DNA from: Octopus vulgaris
Taxonomy: Eukaryota
Reading direction: 5' to 3'
Length of the DNA stretch: 64,000 bases
Assembly: GCA_951406725.2 (NCBI GenBank)
Contig: OX597815.1
Coordinates: 17,856,001-17,920,000, forward strand
Shown here: positions 50,624 through 62,726 of the stretch, piece after piece
Layout of the letters: each line of letters starts with the position of its first letter
Numbering within the stretch: position 1 is the stretch's first letter
Made by a program: the position numbers and the translations under genes
The notes under the pieces: generated by a model
Database searches by the model: none
Told to the model about the DNA's origin: nothing
Seen by the model: only the letters and a program-made list of their open reading frames with translations

Positions 50624-51211
50624 CTTATTTCTTTACTGCCCACAAGGGGTTAAACACAGATGGGACAAACAAGGACAGACAAACGGATTAAGTCGATTAT
50701 ATCGAACCCAGTGCGTAACTGGTACTTATTCAATCAACCCCGAAAGGATGAAAGGCAAAGTCAACCTCGGCGGAATTTGAACTCAGAAAGTAGCGGCAGA
50801 TGAAATACCTATTTCTTTACTACCCACAAGGAGCCAAACACAGAGAGGACAAATGGATTAAGTCGATTATATCGACCCCAGTGCGTAACTGGTACTTATT
50901 TAATCCACCCCGAAAGGATGAAAGGCAAAGTCGACTTCGGCGGAATTTGAACTCAGAACGTAGCGGCAGACGAAATACCTATTTCTTTACGACCCACAAG
51001 GGGCTAAACACAGAGAGGACAAACAAGGACAGACAAATGGATTAAGTCGATTATATCGACCCCAGTGCGTAACTGGTACTTATTTAATCAACCCCGAAAG
51101 GATGAAAGGCAAAGTCGACCTCGGCAGAATTTGAACTCAGAACATAATGGCAGGCAAGATACCACTAAGCATTTCGCCCGGCGTGCTAACGTTTCTGCCA
51201 GCTCACCGCCT
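50624..51211 (-). mobile_element. Family-B SINE trimer
   Basis: Same junction twice. Confidence 0.9.
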
Positions 51212-52092
51212 ATGCTACTATTTCTAGCAGATCTTTTGACTACGTAAAGGTAATCTTGTTAACTTGTGAAGACATGAGTAAATTTATTAAGATAAAAAAA
51301 GAAGCAAGGCTAACTGAGGAAAGATGATATTGTGAGGGTTAATGATAGCTATCAGAGTTAACGGAGGATATTACCAAAGTTAGGTATCATTGAAAGGCCA
51401 TTTTGTAGGCTTATTATGCAAGTAAGAAAAAAAAAATTGGTAGATATTTTTCTTATTTTGGCACAAAACCAGAAATTTAGAGTAGAAAGGAGGAGTATAA
51501 GCATTTAAATCAACTCCGTTACTTGACTGGGGTTTTATTGATTTAAACCCAGAACATAGAGATGGAACTAAATATCAAAAAGCATTTAGTTCATTGCTTT
51601 TCTGATTCTGCTATCTACCCACCCACCCTAAAAATATTGATAAGTTATAAATAATAAAGATAATTTATTGCATATTTTAATTAAAATCTCATTTATTTCA
51701 GCAAATATAGGTGTGAGGATTTATTTCACTTTCATAACAACTTTGGCCTAAAGATTAAAGATTAAAGAAATAAGTCTATAAAATGATTTTTACACAATTT
51801 TCAAATCAACATCACTGACGTATGTTCACAAGAGAAGCAGAAAACATTGAGCAAATACAATTTCTTTCATGAAGCCAAACTTTTCAATTAGAATTTAAAG
51901 TTTTTGTTTGAGAGAAAACTAAGTTGAAATCGAAGCAGTAGGTTCCAGAATAATGTCAGTCATAGATTTAACATTTAAGTATTATCTTTTTATCTTTTTA
52001 CGGAGATGTACTTGCATAGCAAGTGATTTGATCTAAGATCGTGTGCTGAAACAGAAACAATTGCAGCACAGGTGGAAGGTGTTTGTAAGCCC

Positions 52093-55000
52093 GGATTTTT
52101 GTCAGTGAACAGGTCGCGGTCGTAAAGCGACGAAAATATTTTGACAAATTAAACTTAAATGTTGAAGTGAATCGAACGGCTTTTGTGTGTTTCCTAAATG
52201 GCTTACAAACACCTTCTACGCTGCAATTGTCTATATATATATAAACCTTATTCAGCATGGATTTTTGTCAGTGAACAGGTCGCGGTCTTAAAGCGACGAA
52301 AATATTTTGACAAATTAAACTTAAATGTTGAAGTGAATCTAACGGCTTTTGTGTGTTTCCTAAATGGCTTACAAACACCTTCTACGCTGCAATTGTCTAT
52401 ATATATATAAACCTTATTCAGCATGGATTTTTGTCAGTGAACAGGTCGCGGTCGTAAAGCGACGAAAATATTTTGACAAATTAAACTTAAATGTTGAAGA
52501 GAATCTAACGGCTTTTGTGTGTTTCCTAAATGGCTTACAAACACCTTCTACGCTGCAATTGTCTATATATATATAAACCTTATTCAGCATGGATTTTTGT
52601 CAGTGAACAGGTCGCGGTCGTAAAGCGACGAAAATATTTTGACAAAGTAAACTTAAATGTTGAAGTGAATCTAACGGCTTTTGTGTGTTTCTTAAATGGC
52701 TTACAAACACCTTCTACGCTGCAATTGTCTATATATATAAACCTTATTCAGCATGGATTTTTGTCAGTGAACAGGTCGCGGTCGTAAAGCGACGAAAATA
52801 TTTTGACAAATTAAACTTAAATGTTGAAGTGAATCGAACGGCTTTTGTGTGTTTCCTAAATGGTTTACAAACACCTTCTACGCTGCAATTGTCTATATAT
52901 ATATAAACCTTATTCAGCATGGATTTTTGTCAGTGAACAGGTCGCGGTCTTAAAGCGACGAAAATATTTTGACAAATTAAACTTAAATGTTGAAGTGAAT
53001 CTAACGGCTTTTGTGTGTTTCTTAAATGGCTTACAAACACCTTCTACGCTGCAATTGTCTATATATATATAAACCTTATTCAGCATGGATTTTTGTCAGT
53101 GAACAGGTCGCGGTCGTAAAGCGACGAAAATATTTTGACAAATTAAACTTAAATGTTGAAGTGAATCTAACGGCTTTTGTGTGTTTCCTAAATGGCTTAC
53201 AAACACCTTCTACGCTGCAATTGTCTATATATATATAAACCTTATTCAGCATGGATTTTTTGTCAGTGAACAGGTCGCGGTCGTAAAGCGACGAAAATAT
53301 TTTGACAAAGTAAACTTAAATGTTGAAGTGAATCTAACGGCTTTTGTGTGTTTCTTAAATGGCTTACAAACACCTTCTACGCTGCAATTGTCTATATATA
53401 TATAAACCTTATTCAGCATGGATTTTTGTCAGTGAACAGGTCGCGGTCGTAAAGCGACGAAAATATTTTGACAAATTAAACTTAAATGTTGAAGTGAATC
53501 GAACGGCTTTTGTGTGTTTCCTAAATGGCTTACAAACACCTTCTACGCTGCAATTGTCTATATATATATAAACCTTATTCAGCATGGATTTTTGTCAGTG
53601 AACAGGTCGCGGTCGTAAAGCGACGAAAATATTTTGACAAATTAAACTTAAATGTTGAAGTGAATCGAACGGCTTTTGTGTGTTTCCTAAATGGCTTACA
53701 AACACCTTCTACGCTGCAATTGTCTATATATATATAAACCTTATTCAGCATGGATTTTTGTCAGTGAACAGGTCGCGGGCTTAAAGCGACGAAAATTATT
53801 TTGACAAATTAAACTTAAATGTTGAAGTGAATCTAACGGCTTTTGTGTGTTTCCTAAATGGCTTACAAACACCTTCCATGCTGCAATTGTCTATATATAT
53901 ATATAAACCTTATTCAGCATGGATTTTTGTCAGTGAACAGGTCGCGGTCTTAAAGCGACGAAAATATTTTGACAAATTAAACTTAAATGTTCAAGTGAAT
54001 CTAACGGCTTTTGTGTGTTTCCTAAATGGCTTACAAACACCTTCCATGCTGCAATTGTCTATATATATATAAACCTTATTCAGCATGGATTTTTGTCAGT
54101 GAACAGGTCGCGGCCTTAAAGCGACGAAAATATTTTGACAAATTAACCTTAAATGTTGAAGTGAATCGAACGGCTTTTGTGTGTTTCCTAAATGGCTTAC
54201 AAACACCTTCTACGCTGCAATTGTCTATATATATATAAACCTTATTCAGCATGGATTTTTGTCAGTGAACAGGTCGCGGTCTTAAAGCGACGAAAATATT
54301 TTGACAAATTAAACTTAAATGTTCAAGTGAATCTAACGGCTTTTGTGTGTTTCTTAAATGGCTTACAAACACCTTCTACGCTGCAATTGTCTATATATAT
54401 ATAAACCTTATTCAGCATGGATTTTTGTCAGTGAACAGGTCGCGGTCGTAAAGCGACGAAAATATTTTGACAAATTAAACTTAAATGTTGAAGAGAATCT
54501 AACGGCTTTTGTGTGTTTCCTAAATGGCTTACAAACACCTTCTACGCTGCAATTGTCTATATATATATAAACCTTATTCAGCATGGATTTTTGTCAGTGA
54601 ACAGGTCGCGGTCGTAAAGCGACGAAAATATTTTGACAAAGTAAACTTAAATGTTGAAGTGAATCTAACGGCTTTTGTGTGTTTCTTAAATGGCTTACAA
54701 ACACCTTCTACGCTGCAATTGTCTATATATATATAAACCTTATTCAGCATGGATTTTTGTCAGTGAACAGGTCGCGGTCGTAAAGCGACGAAAATATTTT
54801 GACAAATTAAACTTAAATGTTGAAGTGAATCGAACGGCTTTTGTGTGTTTCTTAAATGGCTTACAAACACCTTCCACGCTGCAATTGTCTATATATATAT
54901 AAACCTTATTCAGCACGGATTTTTGTCAGTGAACAGGTCGCGGTCTTAAAGCGACGAAAATATTTTGACAAATTAAACTTAAATGTTGAAGTGAATCGAA

Positions 55001-57085
55001 CGGCTTTTGTGTGTTTCTTAAATGGCTTACAAACACCTTCTACGCTGCAATTGTCTATATATATATAAACCTTATTCAGCATGGATTTTTGTCAGTGAAC
55101 AGGTCGCGGTCGTAAAGCGACGAAAATATTTTGACAAATTAAACTTAAATGTTGAAGTGAATCTAACGGCTTTTGTGTGTTTCCTAAATGGCTTACAAAC
55201 ACCTTCTACGCTGCAATTGTCTATATATATATAAACCTTATTCAGCATGGATTTTTGTCAGTGAACAGGTCGCGGTCGTAAAGCGACGAAAATATTTTGA
55301 CAAAGTAAACTTAAATGTTGAAGTGAATCTAACGGCTTTTGTGTGTTTCTTAAATGGCTTACAAACACCTTCTACGCTGCAATTGTCTATATATATATAA
55401 ACCTTATTCAGCATGGATTTTTGTCAGTGAACAGGTCGCGGTCGTAAAGCGACGAAAATATTTTGACAAATTAAACTTAAATGTTGAAGTGAATCGAACG
55501 GCTTTTGTGTGTTTCCTAAATGGCTTACAAACACCTTCTACGCTGCAATTGTCTATATATATATAAACCTTATTCAGCATGGATTTTTGTCAGTGAACAG
55601 GTCGCGGTCGTAAAGCGACGAAAATATTTTGACAAATTAAACTTAAATGTTGAAGTGAATCGAACGGCTTTTGTGTGTTTCCTAAATGGCTTACAAACAC
55701 CTTCTACGCTGCAATTGTCTATATATATATAAACCTTATTCAGCATGGATTTTTGTCAGTGAACAGGTCGCGGGCTTAAAGCGACGAAAATTATTTTGAC
55801 AAATTAAACTTAAATGTTGAAGTGAATCTAACGGCTTTTGTGTGTTTCCTAAATGGCTTACAAACACCTTCCATGCTGCAATTGTCTATATATATATAAA
55901 CCTTATTCAGCATGGATTTTTGTCAGTGAACAGGTCGCGGCCTTAAAGCGACGAAAATATTTTGACAAATTAACCTTAAATGTTGAAGTGAATCGAACGG
56001 CTTTTGTGTGTTTCCTAAATGGCTTACAAACACCTTCTACGCTGCAATTGTCTATATATATATAAACCTTATTCAGCATGGATTTTTGTCAGTGAACAGG
56101 TCGCGGTCTTAAAGCAACGAAAATATTTTGACAAAGTAAACTTAAATGTTGAAGTGAATCTAACGGCTTTTGTGTGTTTCCTAAATGGCTTACAAACACC
56201 TTCCATGCTGCAATTGTCTATATATATATAAACCTTATTCAGCATGGATTTTTGTCAGTGAACAGGTCGCGGTCTTAAAGCGACGAAAATATTTTGACAA
56301 ATTAAACTTAAATGTTGAAGTGAATCTAACGGCTTTTGTGTGTTTCCTAAATGGCTACTAACACCTTCCACGCTGCAATTGTCTATATATATATATAAAC
56401 CTTATTCAGCATGGATTTTTGTCAGTGAACAGGTCGCGGCCTTAAAGCGACGAAAATATTTTGACAAATTAAACTTAAATGTTCAAGTGAATCTAACGGC
56501 TTTTGTGTGTTTCCTAAATGGCTTACAAACACCTTCTACGCTGCAATTGTCTATATATATATAAACCTTATTCAGCATGGATTTTTGTCAGTGAACAGGT
56601 CGCGGCCTTAAAGCGACGAAAATATTTTGACAAATTAAACTTAAATGTTCAAGTGAATCTAACGGCTTTTGTGTGTTTCCTAAATGGCTTACAAACACCT
56701 TCTACGCTGCAATTGTCTATATATATATAAACCTTATTCAGCATGGATTTTTGTCAGTGAACAGGTCGCGGTCTTAAAGCGACGAAAATATTTTGACAAA
56801 TTAAACTTAAATGTTGAAGTGAATCGAACGGCTTTTGTGTGTTTCCTAAATGGCTTACAAACACCTTCTACGCTGCAATTGTCTATATATATATAAACCT
56901 TATTCAGCATGGATTTTTGTCAGTGAACAGGTCGCGGTCTTAAAGCGACGAAAATATTTTGACAAATTAAACTTAAATGTTGAAGTGAATCGAACGGCTT
57001 TTGTGTGTTTCTTAAATGGCTTATAAACTAAAGGTAGATGTATTTTAAATTCCACAAACACCTTCCACGCTGCAATTGCTTTTAT
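52093..57085 (+). repeat. 166-bp satellite, 30 units, hammerhead-bearing (retrozyme-like); inverted partial unit at 52057-52090
   Basis: Period 166 from recurring motifs (ORF starts 52198, 52364, 52530...); left flank ACAATTGCAGC..GTGGAAGGTGTTTGTAAGCC is the reverse complement of part of the unit. Confidence 0.95.
52098..52148 (+). ncRNA. Minimal type-I hammerhead-like ribozyme with G3-C8 core swap (first of 30 copies)
   Basis: TTTGTCA-GTGAACA-G-GTCGC-GGTCGTAAA-GCGAC-GAAA-ATAT-TT^-TGACAAA; 7-bp stem I, 5-bp stem II, palindromic stem III. Confidence 0.65.
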
Positions 57086-57099
57086 CTTTTGTTTTTTAT

Positions 57100-57652
57100 T
57101 TTTTTTTCAGTAATATGACTCTGGTCATGCTGGCATACTGCCTTGAAGGAATTTAGGTGAACAAATCGACACCAGGATTTATTTTCCTTCTTTAGGCCAA
57201 GTACTTATTCTATCAGTCTCTTTTGCCAAACTGATAAGTTACAGGGATATAAACACACCAATACTGGTTATCAAGCAGTAGTGGAGGACAAACATAAAGA
57301 CACACACATGGGTAAAGACCCCCTTCGGTCAGGCACTGACCATGGGTTTGCACCTAGAGAGATACCCTCTGAGGCACAAGTCTGGGCAAGGTTGTTTTAT
57401 GGAAGACCAGCAGTCGCCCATGCATACCAGCCTCCCCTCTCCACGCCACCAGTGTTGTCCAAGGGAAAGGCAAGGGCCGATACAGCTTGGCACCTGTGAC
57501 GTCGCAACTCATTTCTACAGCTGAGTGAACTGGAGCAACGTGAAATAAAGTGCCTTGCTCAAGAACACAACACGCAGCCCCGTCCGGGATTCGAGCTCAC
57601 AACCTCACGATCGTAAGCTCGACGCTCTAACCACTGAGCCATGCGCCTTCAC
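57100..57652 (-). mobile_element. Partial family-A SINE (57100-57310) plus full-length CORE-like tRNA SINE (57310-57652)
   Basis: Reverse-complement head GAAGGCGCATGGCTCAGTGGTTAGAGCG..CTCGAATCCC; TTCTTGAGCAAGGCACTTTA domain. Confidence 0.8.
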
Positions 57653-58082
57653 ACACATAGGTGTATATAAATATAATAAATAATATTTAAACATAATAAA
57701 TATAATAATAATATTCAGCGAATATTTTTTTGCCGGAAATAGTTAGAAACCATGGTCTGGGAAATAGTTGAGATGGTAAACGTTTTTAATTTTCATTCCT
57801 TTCGAGAATTTATCCTTCTTTGTGGGTTTGAGATTTCTACTGCTCTTTCTAGCACAACGCTTTCCTATTTGGAAACCTCTTATTGCATAGGTGTATATAT
57901 ATATAGACAATGATTGATTGAATTCTGTAGCTTGTATTTGTTATGATATGAAATAATAAAGTGAGCTTATATCTGTCTGAGAAGATGCACAGTCTGGTGG
58001 ATATCAGAAAGTATGTTATATCTATTTTCAATTAAAGACATTGAACAGCTTAGACACACCTTTAGTTTAGGTCCTATAAGAT

Positions 58083-58312
58083 TTATTTCATTATTGCCCA
58101 CAAGGGGTTAAACATAGAGGAGACAAACAAGGACAGACAAAGGGATTAAGTCGATTACATCGACCCCAATGTGTAACTGGTACTTATTTAATCGACCCCG
58201 AAAGGATGAAAGGCAAAGTTGACCTCAGCAGAATTTGAATTCAGAATGTAGCGGTAGACAAAATACTGCTAAGCATTTCACCGGGCATGCTAACGATTCT
58301 GCCAGCTCACTG
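58083..58312 (-). mobile_element. Family-B SINE
   Basis: TSD GGTCCTATAAGATT. Confidence 0.85.
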
Positions 58313-58932
58313 GTCCTATAAGATTATCTGAGTACTGTGCTAATTGATCAAACATAAAATGGGAACTGTATTTTTTTAGCTTAGATAAACTAAGGTAAGT
58401 AGGTAAACTGATAACCACCACAGTCATCTTCACTATTTTATATCTGCTTTCCATGTTAGCATGAACTAGACAAGTCATTATGGTCCAAGTTGGTTGTTAT
58501 GTAGAGCCACTGCCCTCCTAGATGGGTCGAAGGCCATATCTCATTGATATGTTCCAATTTTGGCATGTTTTCTAATGCCTGTTCCATTACAGAGTATAGT
58601 GGGTGAATTTGAACATGGCATCAGCAAAACTAAAGTAGACATGATAGCATTTCTATGAGAACAAGAAAATACATAACATTTTGAGCTCAGGTTCCTTATC
58701 AAGAAAGTGAAGAGGGAAATCAGTGAACTACATTTGAAATATAATGGAGAGTAGTGATAGAAAAGGTTACCACAAGCAGGTAGTTATAGTGTCTGAGAAT
58801 ACAAAATTTGTTTTTTGACTGTGTATGGTATGATAAACCTCAAAGTTAAACATTTTCTTATGTTTTTTAGCCCAAGAATAAACCAAATTAGATGGCTAAT
58901 GGAAAGTGCTCCAACCATGATTATCCCATAGC

Positions 58933-59162
58933 AAGGTGGTGAGCTGACAGAAACATTAGCACGCCGGGCGAAATGCTTAGCAGTATTTCGTCTGCCGCTA
59001 CGTTCTGAGTTCAAATTCCACCAAGTTCGACTTTGCCTTTCATCCTTTCGGGGTCGATTAGATAAGTACCAGTTACGTACTGGGGTCGACGCAATCGATT
59101 TAGTCCCTTTGTCTGTCCTTGTTTGTCCCCTCTATGTTTAGCCCCTTGTGGGCAATAAAGAA
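58933..59162 (+). mobile_element. Family-B SINE
   Basis: Full head; CATGATTATCCCAT direct repeat. Confidence 0.85.
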
Positions 59163-59474
59163 TTGTAAAGAATTGCATGATTATCCCATCTTTTATCTTT
59201 CTCCAGACATAATGTGCTTAACACTATATTATTAAATGTAGGCCTCTTTTAAAGGTAGTTGAGCATGATATAAAGATTTGTCTGATATTTTTACTAAGTC
59301 GAATATTGAAGCAGAGACTTCCTTTGTTAGCTTGACATCACATAGTTGTTTCACTATGGCATATTCTCAGACACAAAAAAAGAGCAGCTCGTAAATACTT
59401 AAATGTAAAAACCATTTGCATAAAAATATCATGAGTTGGGAAGATGTTTTTGGATTGGTTTTTTACAGCTGAGT

Positions 59475-59686
59475 GGCACACTCGTGCCAGTGACACATAA
59501 AAAGCACCCACTACACTCTCAGAGTGGATGGCGTCAGGAAGGGCATCCAGCTGTAGAAACTCTGCCAGATCAAGATTGAAGCCTGGTGCAGCCATCTGGT
59601 TTGCCAGCCCTCAGTCAAAATTGTCCAACCCATGCTAGCATGGAAAGCGGACGTTAAATGATGATGATGATGATGATGATGATGAG
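59475..59686 (+). mobile_element. Family-D retroposon 3' end
   Basis: (GAT)n tail, family match. Confidence 0.85.
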
Positions 59687-60086
59687 TATATTCTCAAGTA
59701 TCAACCACTTAACTGTGGAGCATATTTTCAAGAACGTAGATTAAGATGCTAGTCCTTATATTACACAGCGATTAACTCAGTCAGAATACATTGCTTTATA
59801 ACACAGACACTAATTGAAGTCTAATGTAAGCTTTGAACCTCATCCAGAGCATTAACTCTTGAAACTGTGTATGTTAACAGATACAAACACTCGTTATTCC
59901 TAAATATGCTATACAAATATATTCATTATAGCAATAACAGTATGGAAGACCCACGCAAACTTTAACTTCACTTAGCCATTTATTATTTGGTGTCAAAGTT
60001 TTCATCATGCGATCTTTTATTGGTTACTTACGCAATTCTACCAGAAGTCATCACTTGTGTTCAGTAAGCACCGGGTGATGACTAAA

Positions 60087-60480
60087 CTCTTTTACTCTTT
60101 AGCCTCTTTATTTGTTTCAGCCATTTGACTGCGGCCATGCTGGAGCACCGCTTTTAGTTGAACAAATCAACACCAGGACTTATTCGTTGTAAGCCTAGCA
60201 CTTTGTCTATCAGTGTCTTTTTCCAAACAACAAAGATATGAGGACATAAACACACCAGCATCGGTTGTCAAGTGATGGTGGGGGGACAAACAGACACAAA
60301 CATACACACACACATATATACGACAGGCTACTTTCAGTTTCTATCTACCAAATCCACTTGCAAGGCTTTGGTCAGCCCGAGGCTAGAGTAGAAGACACTT
60401 GCCCAAGGTGCCATGCAGTGGGACCGAACCTAGAACCATGTTGTTGGTATACAAGCTATTTACCACACAGTCACTCCAGT
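60087..60480 (-). mobile_element. Family-A SINE
   Basis: Family match. Confidence 0.85.
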
Positions 60481-60786
60481 ACCTATATACAGTAAAGAAA
60501 AATATTATATTTAAAACCCTGAAACCTATATATACTGGTCAACAGCTTTGTCCCAAGCCAGTTGTTGTGGCACTGTGTCAATGACCAGGTGGCAGACTGT
60601 GTGACACCAAAATTTTGACACCAAATAATAACTGATTAATTGAAGATTTTGTGTGTTTTTGAATGGTTTAAGTGTGTCTTTCATGCTGTAATTGCATTAG
60701 TTTCAAAACATGGTCTCAGATCAAATCACTTGTCAGGCAAGTACAACTCCAAGATATTGTACTTTGTTTTTAATGTACATACAGCT

Positions 60787-61183
60787 AATCTTTATATATA
60801 AAAGTGAAGTTGTGTGTCTGTCTCCTACGATTTAGATTCCTAACTACTCCCACATTTTGCGGTGCAGTGTAACCTAAAGCGGGTATCTTATAGTCGTGAT
60901 TCATATCGAGCTCTTCTGGGTATTAGCGCGCATCTACGATGAGTCTACGATTTAAAAAAAAATTTACCATCATTTTTTCCCATTTTTAATGCATTTTTTG
61001 CTATTATATAGGGGAAGTAACTCTCTAAAAATGTATTATTAAATCCCAGAACGTAAAAAGCTACAGTAACACCCCCCTTTGTGGTTAGCCATATTGAGAT
61101 GGCTATTATACTTTACATCTCTAAAAATGCTTATATAGTTATTTCCCTTACAAACCCGAGCAACGCCGGGCGATACTGCTAGT
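60787..61183 (-). mobile_element. HINE-like element (same subfamily as 3141-3545)
   Basis: Shares both termini and the 3' ~200 bp with the 3141 copy. Confidence 0.7.
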
Positions 61184-61411
61184 TGTGAATAAAAATAATG
61201 TTGATGCCATCTAATAAGACAGCAATAAAGACAACAAATAGTTCCAGATAAAAATTATCTATGATATTAAGCATTTCACAACAGGTTGCAGAAAATTACA
61301 AAACAAAAGATATTTTTAGAAACCCCAAACCCAATATAATTAGCATTATAAATTAACCCATAAATGTTTGCATGGAAAAAAAATATGAGAAGGACTTCAA
61401 TAAGAGATATA

Positions 61412-61800
61412 TGGAAAGTGGCTGTGTGGTAAGTAGCTTGCTTACCAATCACATGGTTCCGGGTTCAGTCCCACTGCGTGGCACCTTGGGCAAGTGTCTT
61501 CTACTATAGCCTTGGGCCAACCAAAGCCTTGTGAGTGGATTTGGTAGAGGGAAACTGAAAGAAGCTCGTCATATATATGTATATATGTATGTGTGTGTGT
61601 CTGTGTTTGTCCCCCACCCACAAGCTTGACAACCAATGCTGGTGTGTTTACGTCCCCCGTAACTTAGCAGTTCAGCAAAAGAAACCTATAAAATAAGTAC
61701 TAGGCTTACAAAGAATAAGTCCTGGGGTTGATTTGCTCGATTAAAGGCGGTGCTCCAGCATGGCCACAGTCAAAATGACTGAAACAAGTAAAAGAGTAAA
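61412..61800 (+). mobile_element. Family-A SINE
   Basis: Family match. Confidence 0.85.
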
Positions 61801-62130
61801 GTACAAGGATTAAGTTGAAAACTGCAAGAAATAAATTCATCTCAAACACATACACAAATAAGTTGCAATTTGCATCAAGAAAAATGAAAAGAATTTTTTT
61901 GGTTTTTGTTTCATACAATTTTGAAACCTTGTGATATTCAATGCCATTAAAATCAGTTATAGTACACACATTTTCTTTAATTTGAAGAAAATTCAAAGTC
62001 TTTAATCAAGCTGAGTTATGTCACATGTTCCAGATATTTCTATGAGAACACAGATGTCTGAATGGATGGAATACTGAATAATCAGCAAATATGTCAGCAG
62101 TTTATAATCTTTCACCGATACTGAATTGTT

Positions 62131-62726
62131 TCTTATTTCTTTATTGCCCACAAGGGGCTAAACATAAAGGGGACAAACAAGGACATTAAGTCGAATACAT
62201 CAACTCCAGTGCATAACTGGTACTTAATTTATTGACCCCAAAAGGATGAAAGTCAAAGTCGACCTCTGGCGGAATTTGAACTCAGAACATAATGGCAGAC
62301 GAAATGCCTATTTCTTTACTACCCACAAGGGGCTAAACACAGAGAGGACAAACAAGGACAGACAAACGGATTAAGTCGATTACGTCGACCCCAGTACGTA
62401 ACTGGTACTTATTTAATCAACCCCAAAAGGATGAAAGGCAAAGTCGACCTCGGCAAAAATTGAACTCAGAACGTAATGGCAGATGAAATACCTATTTCTT
62501 TACTACCCACAAGGGGCTAAACATAGAGGGGACAAACAAGGAGAGACAAACGAATTAAGTCGATTACATCGACCCCAGTGCGTAACTGGTACTTATTTAA
62601 TCAACCCCGAAAGGATGAAAGGCAAAGTCAACCTCGGCGGAATTTTAACTCAGAACATAACAGCTGACGAAATACCACTATGCATTTCGCCTGGCGTGCT
62701 AACGTTTCTGCCAGCTTGCCGCCTTG
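62131..62726 (-). mobile_element. Family-B SINE trimer
   Basis: Same junction twice; long direct repeat TTTCACCGATACTGAATTGTTTCT on both sides. Confidence 0.9.

Noticed and set aside
52198-56896. Repeated 70-aa ORFs in the satellite
   Set aside because: The unit length of 166 is not a multiple of 3, TA-run indels shift frames freely, and no recognisable domain is present.
52093-57025. CRISPR-like array
   Set aside because: There are no unique spacers or cas genes; the whole unit repeats; the context is eukaryotic.
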